DNA from: Nitrososphaeraceae archaeon
GTDB lineage: Archaea > Thermoproteota > Nitrososphaeria > Nitrososphaerales > Nitrososphaeraceae
Direction of reading: 5' to 3'
Assembly (NCBI GenBank): GCA_035643635.1
Contig: DASQQB010000139.1
Coordinates: forward strand, 54,865-86,864
DNA: 32,000 nucleotides
The translations under genes and the position numbers were made by a program. This document shows positions 9,594 to 18,744 of the stretch, in pieces. Every line of letters begins with the position of its first letter. The first letter of the stretch is position 1. The notes under the pieces were generated by a model. That model was not told the origin of the DNA and did not search any database. It saw only the letters and a program-made list of their open reading frames with translations.

Positions 9594-10643
9594 ATGCTGG
9601 GACTGTACCGCTTTGTAATTACTCGATCTATAAATATGTTTATAGTGATATTTTCTACTCTAATCCTTACTGTCGCCCTTCTTGGTTCTACTATGGATAA
9701 AATATTGATCGATGCCATTAGAGTTGATGTCGTGAATGCAGTAAACCAAGGAACAAAATATCAATTCCATAGTTCAGAGGAACGTCAAAAGTATCTTAAT
9801 TCCCAGATTAGTCTTCAAATCAAAACCTTCGGGCTAGACGAGCCCTGGTATTCGCCAAAGCGATTTTTCAATACTTTAATAAGGGTAATGACACTTGATC
9901 TCGGAAAATCTAATTTTTTTACTAGCGATTCTGGTTCCTCGAATGTACGTGAAATAATAATTGAGAAGATACCACGAACAGTTTTGTTGTTTACCACATC
10001 AACTATGATTATATCAATGATCGGATTATATGTAGGGGCCTTTGTGGCTGATAGTGCTGGATCGTTTTGGGACAAGATTAATTCAGCCCTTGCAGTTTTT
10101 AGTAACAGTTTTCCAACTTGGTGGATAGGAATGCTTATGATATTGGCATTTGCTTTTGTATATCCTATCTTTCCTGCTCGCTCTACTCCTTTGACTCCTC
10201 CGTCTGATCCTGGATATATCTTGGACCTTCTCTATCATATGATACTCCCTCTTATGACACTCGTTATAGTAGGCTTTGCTTCTTGGGCATATATAGTGAG
10301 ATATTATGTTGTTGGAATTTTAGGTGAGGATTATATAATAGCAAAAAGAGCTATGGGAATTCCTAAAAGAAAAATTGTTTATTCACATGCATTGAAAAAT
10401 GCCGCGCCACCAATTATTACTTCAATTGCTTTAAGCCTTGCGAGTTCCTTTGGAGGGGCAATATTGGTCGAATCTGTATTCGGATGGCCAGGAATGGGAA
10501 AATTGTATTATGATGCTATTGGATTAATGGACGTTCCTATAATTATAGGGCTTACTTATATTTTCACAGTAATTTTTGTTGTGACAATTTTTTTTACAGA
10601 CTTAGTTTATGCTTATTTTGATCCACGGATAAAAACGGGATGA
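9594..10643 (+). CDS. ABC transporter permease, DppB/OppB type
   Basis: Multiple TM helices; permease EAA-like segment (IIAKRAMGIPKRKIVYSHALKNAAPPIITSIAL); ESVFGWPGMGKLYYDAI typical of DppB. Confidence 0.92.
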   Translation: MLGLYRFVITRSINMFIVIFSTLILTVALLGSTMDKILIDAIRVDVVNAVNQGTKYQFHSSEERQKYLNSQISLQIKTFGLDEPWYSPKRFFNTLIRVMTLDLGKSNFFTSDSGSSNVREIIIEKIPRTVLLFTTSTMIISMIGLYVGAFVADSAGSFWDKINSALAVFSNSFPTWWIGMLMILAFAFVYPIFPARSTPLTPPSDPGYILDLLYHMILPLMTLVIVGFASWAYIVRYYVVGILGEDYIIAKRAMGIPKRKIVYSHALKNAAPPIITSIALSLASSFGGAILVESVFGWPGMGKLYYDAIGLMDVPIIIGLTYIFTVIFVVTIFFTDLVYAYFDPRIKTG

Positions 10644-12070
10644 CAGCAGGAAAAGAAGAAAAATCAGAATATATAGTATCCTCACCTTTTATCATACTTA
10701 AGGAATTTAGACATTCTAAAGGTGGCATGGCAGGCATTATCATTTTGTTAGCATTAATCGTGATGTCTATCTATGCGATATTAGGCATTCCATTAGAGTC
10801 ACTCAAACAATGGAATAATCCTACTTATTGGATAAATTATCCAAAAGCGGCTGCTCCAATATGGATCAACAATATTGGTGGATTGCTTAATGAAAAACTA
10901 CCACCGCAGATTATCCTGCATCCAAATGATGCATCGATATCAAACGCAAATATTAGCGGAATACACACCATTACATTTTCTTATCCAGTTAATTTCAACT
11001 TTGATTCATATCCAACAGATTTCATGATTCCATATGCAGTCAGATATGGTGAGACTCCTCCTGTACTTCAGATTAATATATCTAGACCAGATGGTAACCA
11101 ATTTAGCATTTATTATTCGTCGTTACCCTCGTCATCTTCAGGTATAGTTGGCAATATAAGTGAGTTCTCATCAAGGGTTTTCTCTACAGATCATTCTATC
11201 AATGAAAATTTACGAAATTATGTCAATCTTTTCAGATATCCTCAAGACACATCTAAACCACAGACATTGGTATTTTCTGACAAGGATGTAAGAGGAGTTC
11301 TAAAGGGAAAATACGTGTTTCGAGAAACGTTTTATCTTTTCAATACTACAGACTCTGTTTTACTGTCAGGAGTAGTTCTTGGTGGACAGGTCTATGGTAT
11401 AATAGGTACCGACGATCTAAGAAGGGATTTGGCGGTAGGGTTACTATGGGGAGCACCAACGGCTCTGTTCATAGGGCTGACTGTCTCAACAGCTTCTGTC
11501 TTGATAGGATTGATTTACGGAGTGATTGCTGGATACAAAGGAAAACGAACGGACGAGGCAATGATGAGGATTAATGACTTGTTCTATTCTTTACCAGCAC
11601 TTCCTATACTTGTTATTTTATCAGTAGTAATTGGCAGAAGTATATTTTTAATTGCTGCAATGCTAGTTATATTTGGATGGGTAGGGACAGCAAAGATTAG
11701 CAGAAGCCTAGCTTTACAAATAAAGAATCTACAGTACGTAGAGGCAGCAAAACTAATGGGGCAGTCAGATATAAATATAATTTTCAAGCATGTTATACCC
11801 CAACTACTTCCTTTAACCTTTGCCAGTATTGCAATATCAGTTCCCGCTGCTATCCTTGGAGAGGCAGCCATCAGTTTCTTGGGTTTGGGTGACCCCACAA
11901 TCCCTACATGGGGCCAAATCTTAAACAATGCAAATTCTGCTGGTGCAGCTTTAAGAGGTCTGTGGTGGTGGATCATTCCTCCTGGAGTGATGATCGCCAT
12001 TACTGGTTTGGCATTTGTTCTAATAGGAAATGCTCTGGATCGCATAGTAAACCCAAGAAGGATGAAATAA
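10640..12070 (+). CDS. ABC transporter permease, DppC/OppC type
   Basis: Overlaps the DppB ORF by 4 nt; YVEAAKLMGQSDINIIFKHVIPQLLPL and AISFLGLGDPTIPTWGQIL are DppC hallmarks. Confidence 0.92.
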   Translation: MTAGKEEKSEYIVSSPFIILKEFRHSKGGMAGIIILLALIVMSIYAILGIPLESLKQWNNPTYWINYPKAAAPIWINNIGGLLNEKLPPQIILHPNDASISNANISGIHTITFSYPVNFNFDSYPTDFMIPYAVRYGETPPVLQINISRPDGNQFSIYYSSLPSSSSGIVGNISEFSSRVFSTDHSINENLRNYVNLFRYPQDTSKPQTLVFSDKDVRGVLKGKYVFRETFYLFNTTDSVLLSGVVLGGQVYGIIGTDDLRRDLAVGLLWGAPTALFIGLTVSTASVLIGLIYGVIAGYKGKRTDEAMMRINDLFYSLPALPILVILSVVIGRSIFLIAAMLVIFGWVGTAKISRSLALQIKNLQYVEAAKLMGQSDINIIFKHVIPQLLPLTFASIAISVPAAILGEAAISFLGLGDPTIPTWGQILNNANSAGAALRGLWWWIIPPGVMIAITGLAFVLIGNALDRIVNPRRMK

Positions 12071-12398
12071 TTATAATATTTTGCTTAAGATGGCCCTAAG
12101 TTGATAAAGAAAATGGAATATAAGCTGAATTAAAACGTATATTCTAGTATATTATATCTCAAAGGATTCTAGCCTAGGTTTGTTTTTCAGACTTTCAAGA
12201 TAGAAACAAGGCAATGTTTGCTATGTTTTTGTTTATACAATGTATTTTTATATACATCTATTTTTCACATTATATTTCAGACATGTTTTCATCAATGCAA
12301 CTTACTAGTCCAATATGATATCTATCAACTAACGGGTATCTGAATACAAAAAGATAACATATGGCACAGTGAAATTACGAAATCCAAGAACCCCTGGA

Positions 12399-12845
12399 TT
12401 AAATTTTCTCATCAACAACATGGGATAAGATCTTTAAATCCATATTATTTCCATTTCTGTCAAAAGCACCTAGTGTTGTGTCTTGGTAGGGATAGCTGAT
12501 TATTACAGATACAAGGCCATAGTAGTTATTCAAATCTGCAAGTGAAGGCTTATTTGAACCTCCAGGATGTGAATGAGCAGTGCCTATATATGAAAGATCA
12601 AACGGAAGCTCATAAGTAGGGAATCCAGAATAATATGGACCATGTGAAGAAAATGGAGGTATGATCAATCCTTCAATAATGATTTGTTTTTTCTTGCTTT
12701 TTCCCTGTAAGATTAATATTCCTTCAGATGGGTGCCACATCTTTGCATATGATATTATACCATCTGCTGCTTGTCGGGTAATCACAACCTGTCTTTTGAG
12801 GACTTCCCCATCTTTTTCTGTATCTCTATTTCTGAAGAAGAGCAC
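12399..12845 (-). CDS. JAMM/MPN (Mov34-family) metalloprotease-like protein
   Basis: HSHPGGSNKPSLADLNNYYG matches the JAMM HxHP...S..D motif; upstream Glu in SEGILILQG. Confidence 0.85.
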   Translation of the reverse strand: MLFFRNRDTEKDGEVLKRQVVITRQAADGIISYAKMWHPSEGILILQGKSKKKQIIIEGLIIPPFSSHGPYYSGFPTYELPFDLSYIGTAHSHPGGSNKPSLADLNNYYGLVSVIISYPYQDTTLGAFDRNGNNMDLKILSHVVDEKI

Positions 12846-13372
12846 TATGGGAAATATTACTATTCTTTTATTTTAATATTCATTAATAAGCATTTAAAGT
12901 ATTATAATGAAAATATGCGGGAATGCTTTTAACCTGTCTTTAAAGTATTAGGCATTTATGTTATTATAATGCAATCACCAGCGAATACTTATAACGTGAC
13001 TTACCACGGCAGTTACACTAAGTAAAACCGTTGTCATGCCAGCATCAAAATCTTTAGACAAGTCTTTTTCTTCTTTATTTGAATACCTATATCACAGCCT
13101 CTTAGCTTTATGCATTTCCTTCGTAAATTATGCATTTTCACGCTTGATTGATCAATTGTGTGAGTATACTCCCCAGCATTAACAGAAGCTAAAATACAGT
13201 ATAATTTCATAGAGATACATGAATGACTAGAAGCAACAAATACTAGTAAAGCGTAAAGTCTAGAGACATTTATTATTCACTGCTAAACACTTCTAGAAAA
13301 AATAAAAATAGGTTTATGGACAGGTTATGCTATATATAATCCTCAACAACTCTTGCCACAACCGCTATTACG

Positions 13373-13525
13373 TCATTTTAGATCGCCTTGTTGTCCTTTA
13401 TAACGTTCAAATGCTGTAAGGCTTCTTGCTTTTACTTCGTCAATTGCCGGTATGACTACCAATCCTGCAACCAAATCGAGTTGTTTGTTAACATCTATCA
13501 TATATACGATACTTGGTTTATTCAT
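13373..13525 (-). CDS. Small hypothetical protein (50 aa from the internal ATG; ORF open to 13591)
   Basis: Minus ORF 13373-13591; internal ATG at 13525 leaves room for a promoter before the divergent topoisomerase gene. Confidence 0.45.
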   Translation of the reverse strand: MNKPSIVYMIDVNKQLDLVAGLVVIPAIDEVKARSLTAFERYKGQQGDLK

Positions 13526-13600
13526 TACACGACGAGAGAAATAGCCGATTGCTTGGTAAAGTTTATGAATACTATTTGAGATTCTTATCATACCAACCTA

Positions 13601-15331
13601 ATGGTAGCTAGTGAAAAGTGGAATAGCCTTGAACATAAGGGCGTTGCATTTCCCCCAGAATATCAGCCCAGAGGTTTACATATAACCCTAGGGAAGGAGA
13701 GATTTGCTCTTAACCGAGACCAGGAAGAATTAGTATATGCATGGGCAAAGAAAAAAGATACACATTATATTCAGGACCCTATTTTTCAGGCGAACTTTCT
13801 AAACGACTTTAAAAAATTACTACCAATAAGGTTTCAAGATATTAGGGATATTAGAGATGTTGATTTTACTGAAGCTTTTCAACTAGTAAATGAGGAAAAG
13901 AAAATAAAAGAGGTAGAATTGGAAAGAATTCGTAATCTTCCGCGTGATGAAAAAAAGAAAATCTCCTTGGCAAAAAAGGCAGAACGTGAAAGGCTCAAAG
14001 ACACCTATGGTAAGGCTTTTGTAGATGGTATTGAGGTAGATATTGCAAATTGGTTGGTTGAACCACCTGGTCTATTTATGGGTAGAGGCCAACATCCTTT
14101 AAGAGGAAAATGGAAACCTCGAGTGAGGCCTATCGACATTACTCTAAACTTAGGAGAAAACGCCCCAGTTCCGGAAGGGACATGGCAAAATGTCGTTCAC
14201 GATCACTCCTCAACATGGCTAGCAACTTGGTTAGAGAAACTGACGGCAAAAAGAAAATATGTATGGCTGCACGATTCTGCGGCTCTTCGTCAAAATAGCG
14301 ATAAAGAAAAATACGATAAGGCGGATAAACTTGGCAAACATATCACTAAAGTTGAAAAAGAAATTATAAAAAGGATGCTTAACTCTAATGATATTAATCA
14401 AAAGAAAATTGCGACAGTTTGCTACCTGATATTCAAACTAGCGATGCGTGTAGGAGATGAAAAGGATCCGGAAGAGGCAGATACAGTAGGAGCTTCGACT
14501 TTACGCGTAGAACACATAAAATTTCCACGTATTAGCGATAAGCAGTTTATAGAGTTTAATTTTCTGGGAAAAGATAGCGTTCCATGGCAAAAGACGATAG
14601 AAGTTAATTCGGAAGATGTTATGGGACTCTGTAAGAATCTAGAGTTATTTATGAATGGAAAAGAAAAGTCAGACGAAGTTTTTGATGGCATTACATCTAA
14701 CAAAGTAAATGCTTTTTTGCGTAGCATCGACCGAAAAAATGTACCTGGATTAACAGCGAAAGTTTTTAGAACATACATTACTACTAATATAGTTAAAGAA
14801 TCTCTTATGAATCCGCCTATGAAAGTTAACAAGAGTTCTTCTGAGTCAAAAAAAATCTATGTGGCAAAAATGGCGAATCTGAAAGCTGCAATTACCTGTA
14901 ATCACAAAAAGGGTATTGATCCAAAAAACCCTGCAAGCAAGTTGTCATTGGAAAAATTTGAAGGTTCCATAACAAAAAAGAAAGAGATAATTAAGAACTT
15001 GAAGGAAGATATGAAGACAAAAAAATGGAAAACAGAATCTCAAAGAGTTAAATTATATCAAAGGCTGGAAAAAATTGAACTGCAACTCAAGTTACAGAAA
15101 GAAACACATGATTATAATCTTGGAACATCCCTTAAAAACTATATAGACCCGCGTATCATGATGGGCTGGCTGAACTATGTAAATTTGGATATTAAAAAGA
15201 TCTACACTTCAAACTTGCAACGTAAATTTAAATGGGTACAAGATTATTATAATTCTCAGGATTTAAGGAGGTTTTATTCCAGTTACGAAAAAGGTCGCCA
15301 AGCGGTGACAACTGTAGAGGAAGAAAGCTGA
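13601..15331 (+). CDS. Eukaryote-like DNA topoisomerase IB
   Basis: KWNSLEHKGVAFPPEYQPRG and GLFMGRGQHPLRGKWKPR of the TopoIB core; C-terminal LGTSLKNYIDPRI carries the predicted active-site Tyr. Confidence 0.96.
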   Translation: MVASEKWNSLEHKGVAFPPEYQPRGLHITLGKERFALNRDQEELVYAWAKKKDTHYIQDPIFQANFLNDFKKLLPIRFQDIRDIRDVDFTEAFQLVNEEKKIKEVELERIRNLPRDEKKKISLAKKAERERLKDTYGKAFVDGIEVDIANWLVEPPGLFMGRGQHPLRGKWKPRVRPIDITLNLGENAPVPEGTWQNVVHDHSSTWLATWLEKLTAKRKYVWLHDSAALRQNSDKEKYDKADKLGKHITKVEKEIIKRMLNSNDINQKKIATVCYLIFKLAMRVGDEKDPEEADTVGASTLRVEHIKFPRISDKQFIEFNFLGKDSVPWQKTIEVNSEDVMGLCKNLELFMNGKEKSDEVFDGITSNKVNAFLRSIDRKNVPGLTAKVFRTYITTNIVKESLMNPPMKVNKSSSESKKIYVAKMANLKAAITCNHKKGIDPKNPASKLSLEKFEGSITKKKEIIKNLKEDMKTKKWKTESQRVKLYQRLEKIELQLKLQKETHDYNLGTSLKNYIDPRIMMGWLNYVNLDIKKIYTSNLQRKFKWVQDYYNSQDLRRFYSSYEKGRQAVTTVEEES

Positions 15332-15509
15332 ACTCATTTTGTCTCCTAATGCATATTCACAAATTCTCCAGATATGAATAGACATCAGTAAGTGTTGCAT
15401 TCAATTCCTGAGTAAATGTTATGATATGTCGAAAGAGTAAACAGAGGAATATTTTGAATAGAATATATTATGTTCAAAGAAGATTTTACTGCAGAACGCT
15501 GCTGAGCTT

Positions 15510-15584
15510 GCCGGGGTAGCTCAGCCTGGTTAGAGCGTTCGACTCATAATCGAAAGGTCGCGGGCTCAAATCCCGCCTCCGGCA
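15510..15584 (+). tRNA. tRNA with CAT anticodon (Met elongator most likely; Ile2 not excluded)
   Basis: Cloverleaf by hand: acceptor GCCGGGG/CTCCGGC, D arm GCTC..GAGC, anticodon stem TTCGA/TCGAA with loop CTCATAA, T arm GCGGG-CTCAAAT-CCCGC, discriminator A; CCA not encoded. G1-C72 argues against an archaeal initiator. Confidence 0.95.
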
Positions 15585-15755
15585 CATAGATATTATTATA
15601 TTGGAACTTGATTCTTGGCATTATCCAAAAATGCGCTGTTGATACGAGTCCTATTTACCCAGCATATGACATTACACACGGGCATCTTCCTGATATCTTT
15701 GTCCTACAAGTCTAAGTATCGATTCATTTATTAACATTCTTTTAGTCGTAGCACT

Positions 15756-17174
15756 ATGTCTTATTTCCGGATTGATAAAGATTCCCTAGGAGAATTTAAA
15801 GTACCAGCTGATGCGTACTATGGCCCATTTACGGCTAGAGCTAACTCTCAATACAAAGTGACAGGACTAAGACCACATATAAATCTCATAAAGGCATATA
15901 TCATGATAAAAAAATCTGCTGCTCTTGCAAATAAAGACCTTGAAACTCTTGATCCAGCAAGAGCAGATGCAATAGTTAAAAGTTGTGATGAAATTTTATC
16001 TGGTAAGCTAATTGATCAATTTGTTGTTGACCCAATAAATTCCGGAGCAGGAACTGCGTTTAATATGAATGCGAATGAAGTGATCGCAAATAGGGCAATA
16101 GAAATTTTGGGAGGAAAAAAAGGAGAATACGAGTTCGTTAGTCCAAATGATCACGTAAACATGTCACAGTCTAGCAATGACACCTTTCCCACTGCTATGC
16201 ATGTATCTATTCTACTTAATTTGTCGGAAACAATAACTGTTCTTGATAAGTTAATTCGATCACTAAGAAAAAAAGCCGAAGATTTTCAAGATATCATTAA
16301 GATAGGTAGAACACATTTGATGGACGCCCTTCCTGTCACGTTAGGAACAGAGTTTGGCGAATATGCTTTTTCTTTGAAGAAGGCTCAGGAAAATATTTCC
16401 CATAATATGGAAAATCTTAGGTATGTGGCTTTAGGGGGAACTGCAGTAGGTAGCGGAGCAAATTCTCCAAATATGTATAAAGAGAGAGCTGTATCGTATT
16501 TATCAGATATTTCTGGTCTTAAATTAATATCTTCTGAAAATCTGTATTATTCTTTGCAGAGTAAATTTGATGTTGCCAATTGTTCATCTGCCATTCGAAA
16601 TATTGCGTTAGAGATGATTAAAATGTCTAATGACATCCGATTGATGGCTTCTGGCCCTGTATCCGGTCTGGCAGAAATATTTATTCCTGCCGTTCATGCT
16701 GGATCTTCAATTATGCCTGGAAAGGTCAATCCTTCTCTTGCTGAATGTCTCAATATGATTTGTTTTATCATTGTTGGGAATGATGTTTCTGTGGCAATGG
16801 CTGCACAGGCAGGTCAGTTTGAACTAAATGTTATGATGCCTGGAATGCTAAAGTGTATTTTAGACTCAACAGATATGTTGAATAATTTTCTACCAATTTT
16901 CACATCAAATTTGATCGATGGACTCAAAGAAAACCGTGACAAAATAGAATCCTCTATAGACAAAAGTCCTGTGTTGGTAACTCTTTTAAATCCATATATA
17001 GGCTATTTGAAGGCTGCCGAGATTTATAAAGAGTCTCTGAATACAAATAAAAGCGTAAGAGAATTAGTATTCGATAAAAAGTTAATGACAAAAGAAGACC
17101 TAGACAAGGCATTATCAAAGGATAATCTAGGCTTGGGAAAGAAAAAACATTATCAGAAAAATAAAAGAAAATGA
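15756..17174 (+). CDS. Class II fumarase / aspartate ammonia-lyase superfamily enzyme
   Basis: Signature GSSIMPGKVNPSLAE, plus SPNDHVNMSQSSNDTFPTAMH and GRTHLMDALPVTLG. Confidence 0.9.
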   Translation: MSYFRIDKDSLGEFKVPADAYYGPFTARANSQYKVTGLRPHINLIKAYIMIKKSAALANKDLETLDPARADAIVKSCDEILSGKLIDQFVVDPINSGAGTAFNMNANEVIANRAIEILGGKKGEYEFVSPNDHVNMSQSSNDTFPTAMHVSILLNLSETITVLDKLIRSLRKKAEDFQDIIKIGRTHLMDALPVTLGTEFGEYAFSLKKAQENISHNMENLRYVALGGTAVGSGANSPNMYKERAVSYLSDISGLKLISSENLYYSLQSKFDVANCSSAIRNIALEMIKMSNDIRLMASGPVSGLAEIFIPAVHAGSSIMPGKVNPSLAECLNMICFIIVGNDVSVAMAAQAGQFELNVMMPGMLKCILDSTDMLNNFLPIFTSNLIDGLKENRDKIESSIDKSPVLVTLLNPYIGYLKAAEIYKESLNTNKSVRELVFDKKLMTKEDLDKALSKDNLGLGKKKHYQKNKRK

Positions 17175-17412
17175 CAAGGTAAAATAACTGATTACTAATA
17201 CCTATCTGTTCCTAATTTTGTATTGTGTATATTATAGGATTACAGATTATCATTAGAAGTAAGTAGGTTCGATCTTGTTGATATTCCATATATATCTGTA
17301 GCTTGCCAACTCCTCGTACCTGCTAGTCAAGCCTCAAAAATGATCTAAACAATATATATTTTACAATTGCATACTAGATACAGATAAAGAAAGAAAGTTT
17401 AATGATTATAAT

Positions 17413-18330
17413 ATGAAAAATAACACCCTACAGGACAACCGACTTGTTAAAAAGTTTTCTGAATTATATTCAAAGTCACAACTACCATCAGCAAAAAGAG
17501 CATCATCTAAGCCAACTAGATTAAATAAAGAACATTTACTAATTTCCTATGCTGTCGCAGGATATCCCGATATCAAAACGTCCAAAGAAATTGTATCAGC
17601 AATGATTAAGTCTGGTGCAGATATTATTGAAATAGGGATACCCTTTTCAGATCCGATAGCAGATGGTCCTATTATCCAAGAGGCTTCTTTCATTTCTCTT
17701 GCTCATGGGATAACGCCTGAAAAGGCTTTGAAAATTGTTAAAGAAATTAGAAAAGAGTTCCCAAAAATACCCATAATTATAATGAGTTACTCAAATATCT
17801 TAATTAAAGCAGGAATTAGCAAATTCATGAATGAAGCAAAGCAGTCAGGAATTGATGGTTTTATATTACCAGATATGCCTATTGAAGAATCTGAGAAATA
17901 TATTAAAGAAGCATCAAAACTTAATCTTGCAACAATCTTTTTAGTAACGCCTAATACAAATGAAAAAAGATTACGGTCTATAGCTTCTAAATCTAGTGGA
18001 TTTCTTTATTTAGTGTCAGTATATGGAACGACTGGTATTCGTCAATCATTTGAGAACTATACTGCAAAATATGTAAAGAATACAAAGCGAATTTTAGGCC
18101 CTTCAATTCCACTTGCGGTAGGATTTGGAATTAGTGATCCATCACATGTTAAATTCATGATTAGAGCAGGGGCAGATGCAATAATAATTGCAAGTGCAAT
18201 CATAAAGATAATTAAAAGTCATGCCACTATAGAAGATAGCAATAAGAACAAAAATAAAGAAATGCTGAAGAATGTAAGTAGTTTTGTATCAAGCATGAAA
18301 AAAGCATGCATGCAGAGTAATTCACATTGA
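17413..18330 (+). CDS. trpA: Tryptophan synthase alpha subunit
   Basis: GADIIEIGIPFSDPIADGPIIQ, DGFILPDMPIEES, FLYLVSVYGTTGIR and GFGISDPSHV are TrpA motifs; (beta/alpha)8-type length. Confidence 0.95.
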   Translation: MKNNTLQDNRLVKKFSELYSKSQLPSAKRASSKPTRLNKEHLLISYAVAGYPDIKTSKEIVSAMIKSGADIIEIGIPFSDPIADGPIIQEASFISLAHGITPEKALKIVKEIRKEFPKIPIIIMSYSNILIKAGISKFMNEAKQSGIDGFILPDMPIEESEKYIKEASKLNLATIFLVTPNTNEKRLRSIASKSSGFLYLVSVYGTTGIRQSFENYTAKYVKNTKRILGPSIPLAVGFGISDPSHVKFMIRAGADAIIIASAIIKIIKSHATIEDSNKNKNKEMLKNVSSFVSSMKKACMQSNSH

Positions 18331-18744
18331 ACCATAGAAAATCAATCGATAGGTTGCAAATTCTTTTCAAGAAAACATCATATTATTTATTTATTCCTTC
18401 CTTACAACTTTAGAAATCTTCAATCCCCTGTACAAGGAAGATCTCGACCTGACATATTTTTAGATGCTTACTTGTGTTTTTGAGTATGACTTTATTACTG
18501 TTGTTATACTTGGCTTTGCTACCATATCACCGATAGAGTCGAACTATAATAATTCTTTGGGAATAAGAGACTATTGTGATATCGAAAACCACTCAGCACG
18601 AAAAGGTTGTGGGTAATAAGTATTTCTACAATAGTAATAATTAGAGATCAATTAGTGATGTTAGATTTGACGCATGAAGATAATATGAAATTTTTCGCCT
18701 AAACTATAATTCTGGATATTTAGATATGAAGCATGTGTTTAACT

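Noticed and set aside
11584-12045. 153-aa minus-strand ORF in the track
   Set aside because: Fully antisense to the strongly supported DppC-like permease; shadow ORF with no domain-like pattern.
13080-13220. Possible short minus-strand frame (RYSNKEEKDLSKDFDAGMTTVLLSVTAVVSHVISIRW)
   Set aside because: About 38 codons, no good start codon and no motif; insufficient to call.
14422-14832. 136-aa minus-strand ORF
   Set aside because: Antisense to the topoisomerase IB core; shadow ORF.
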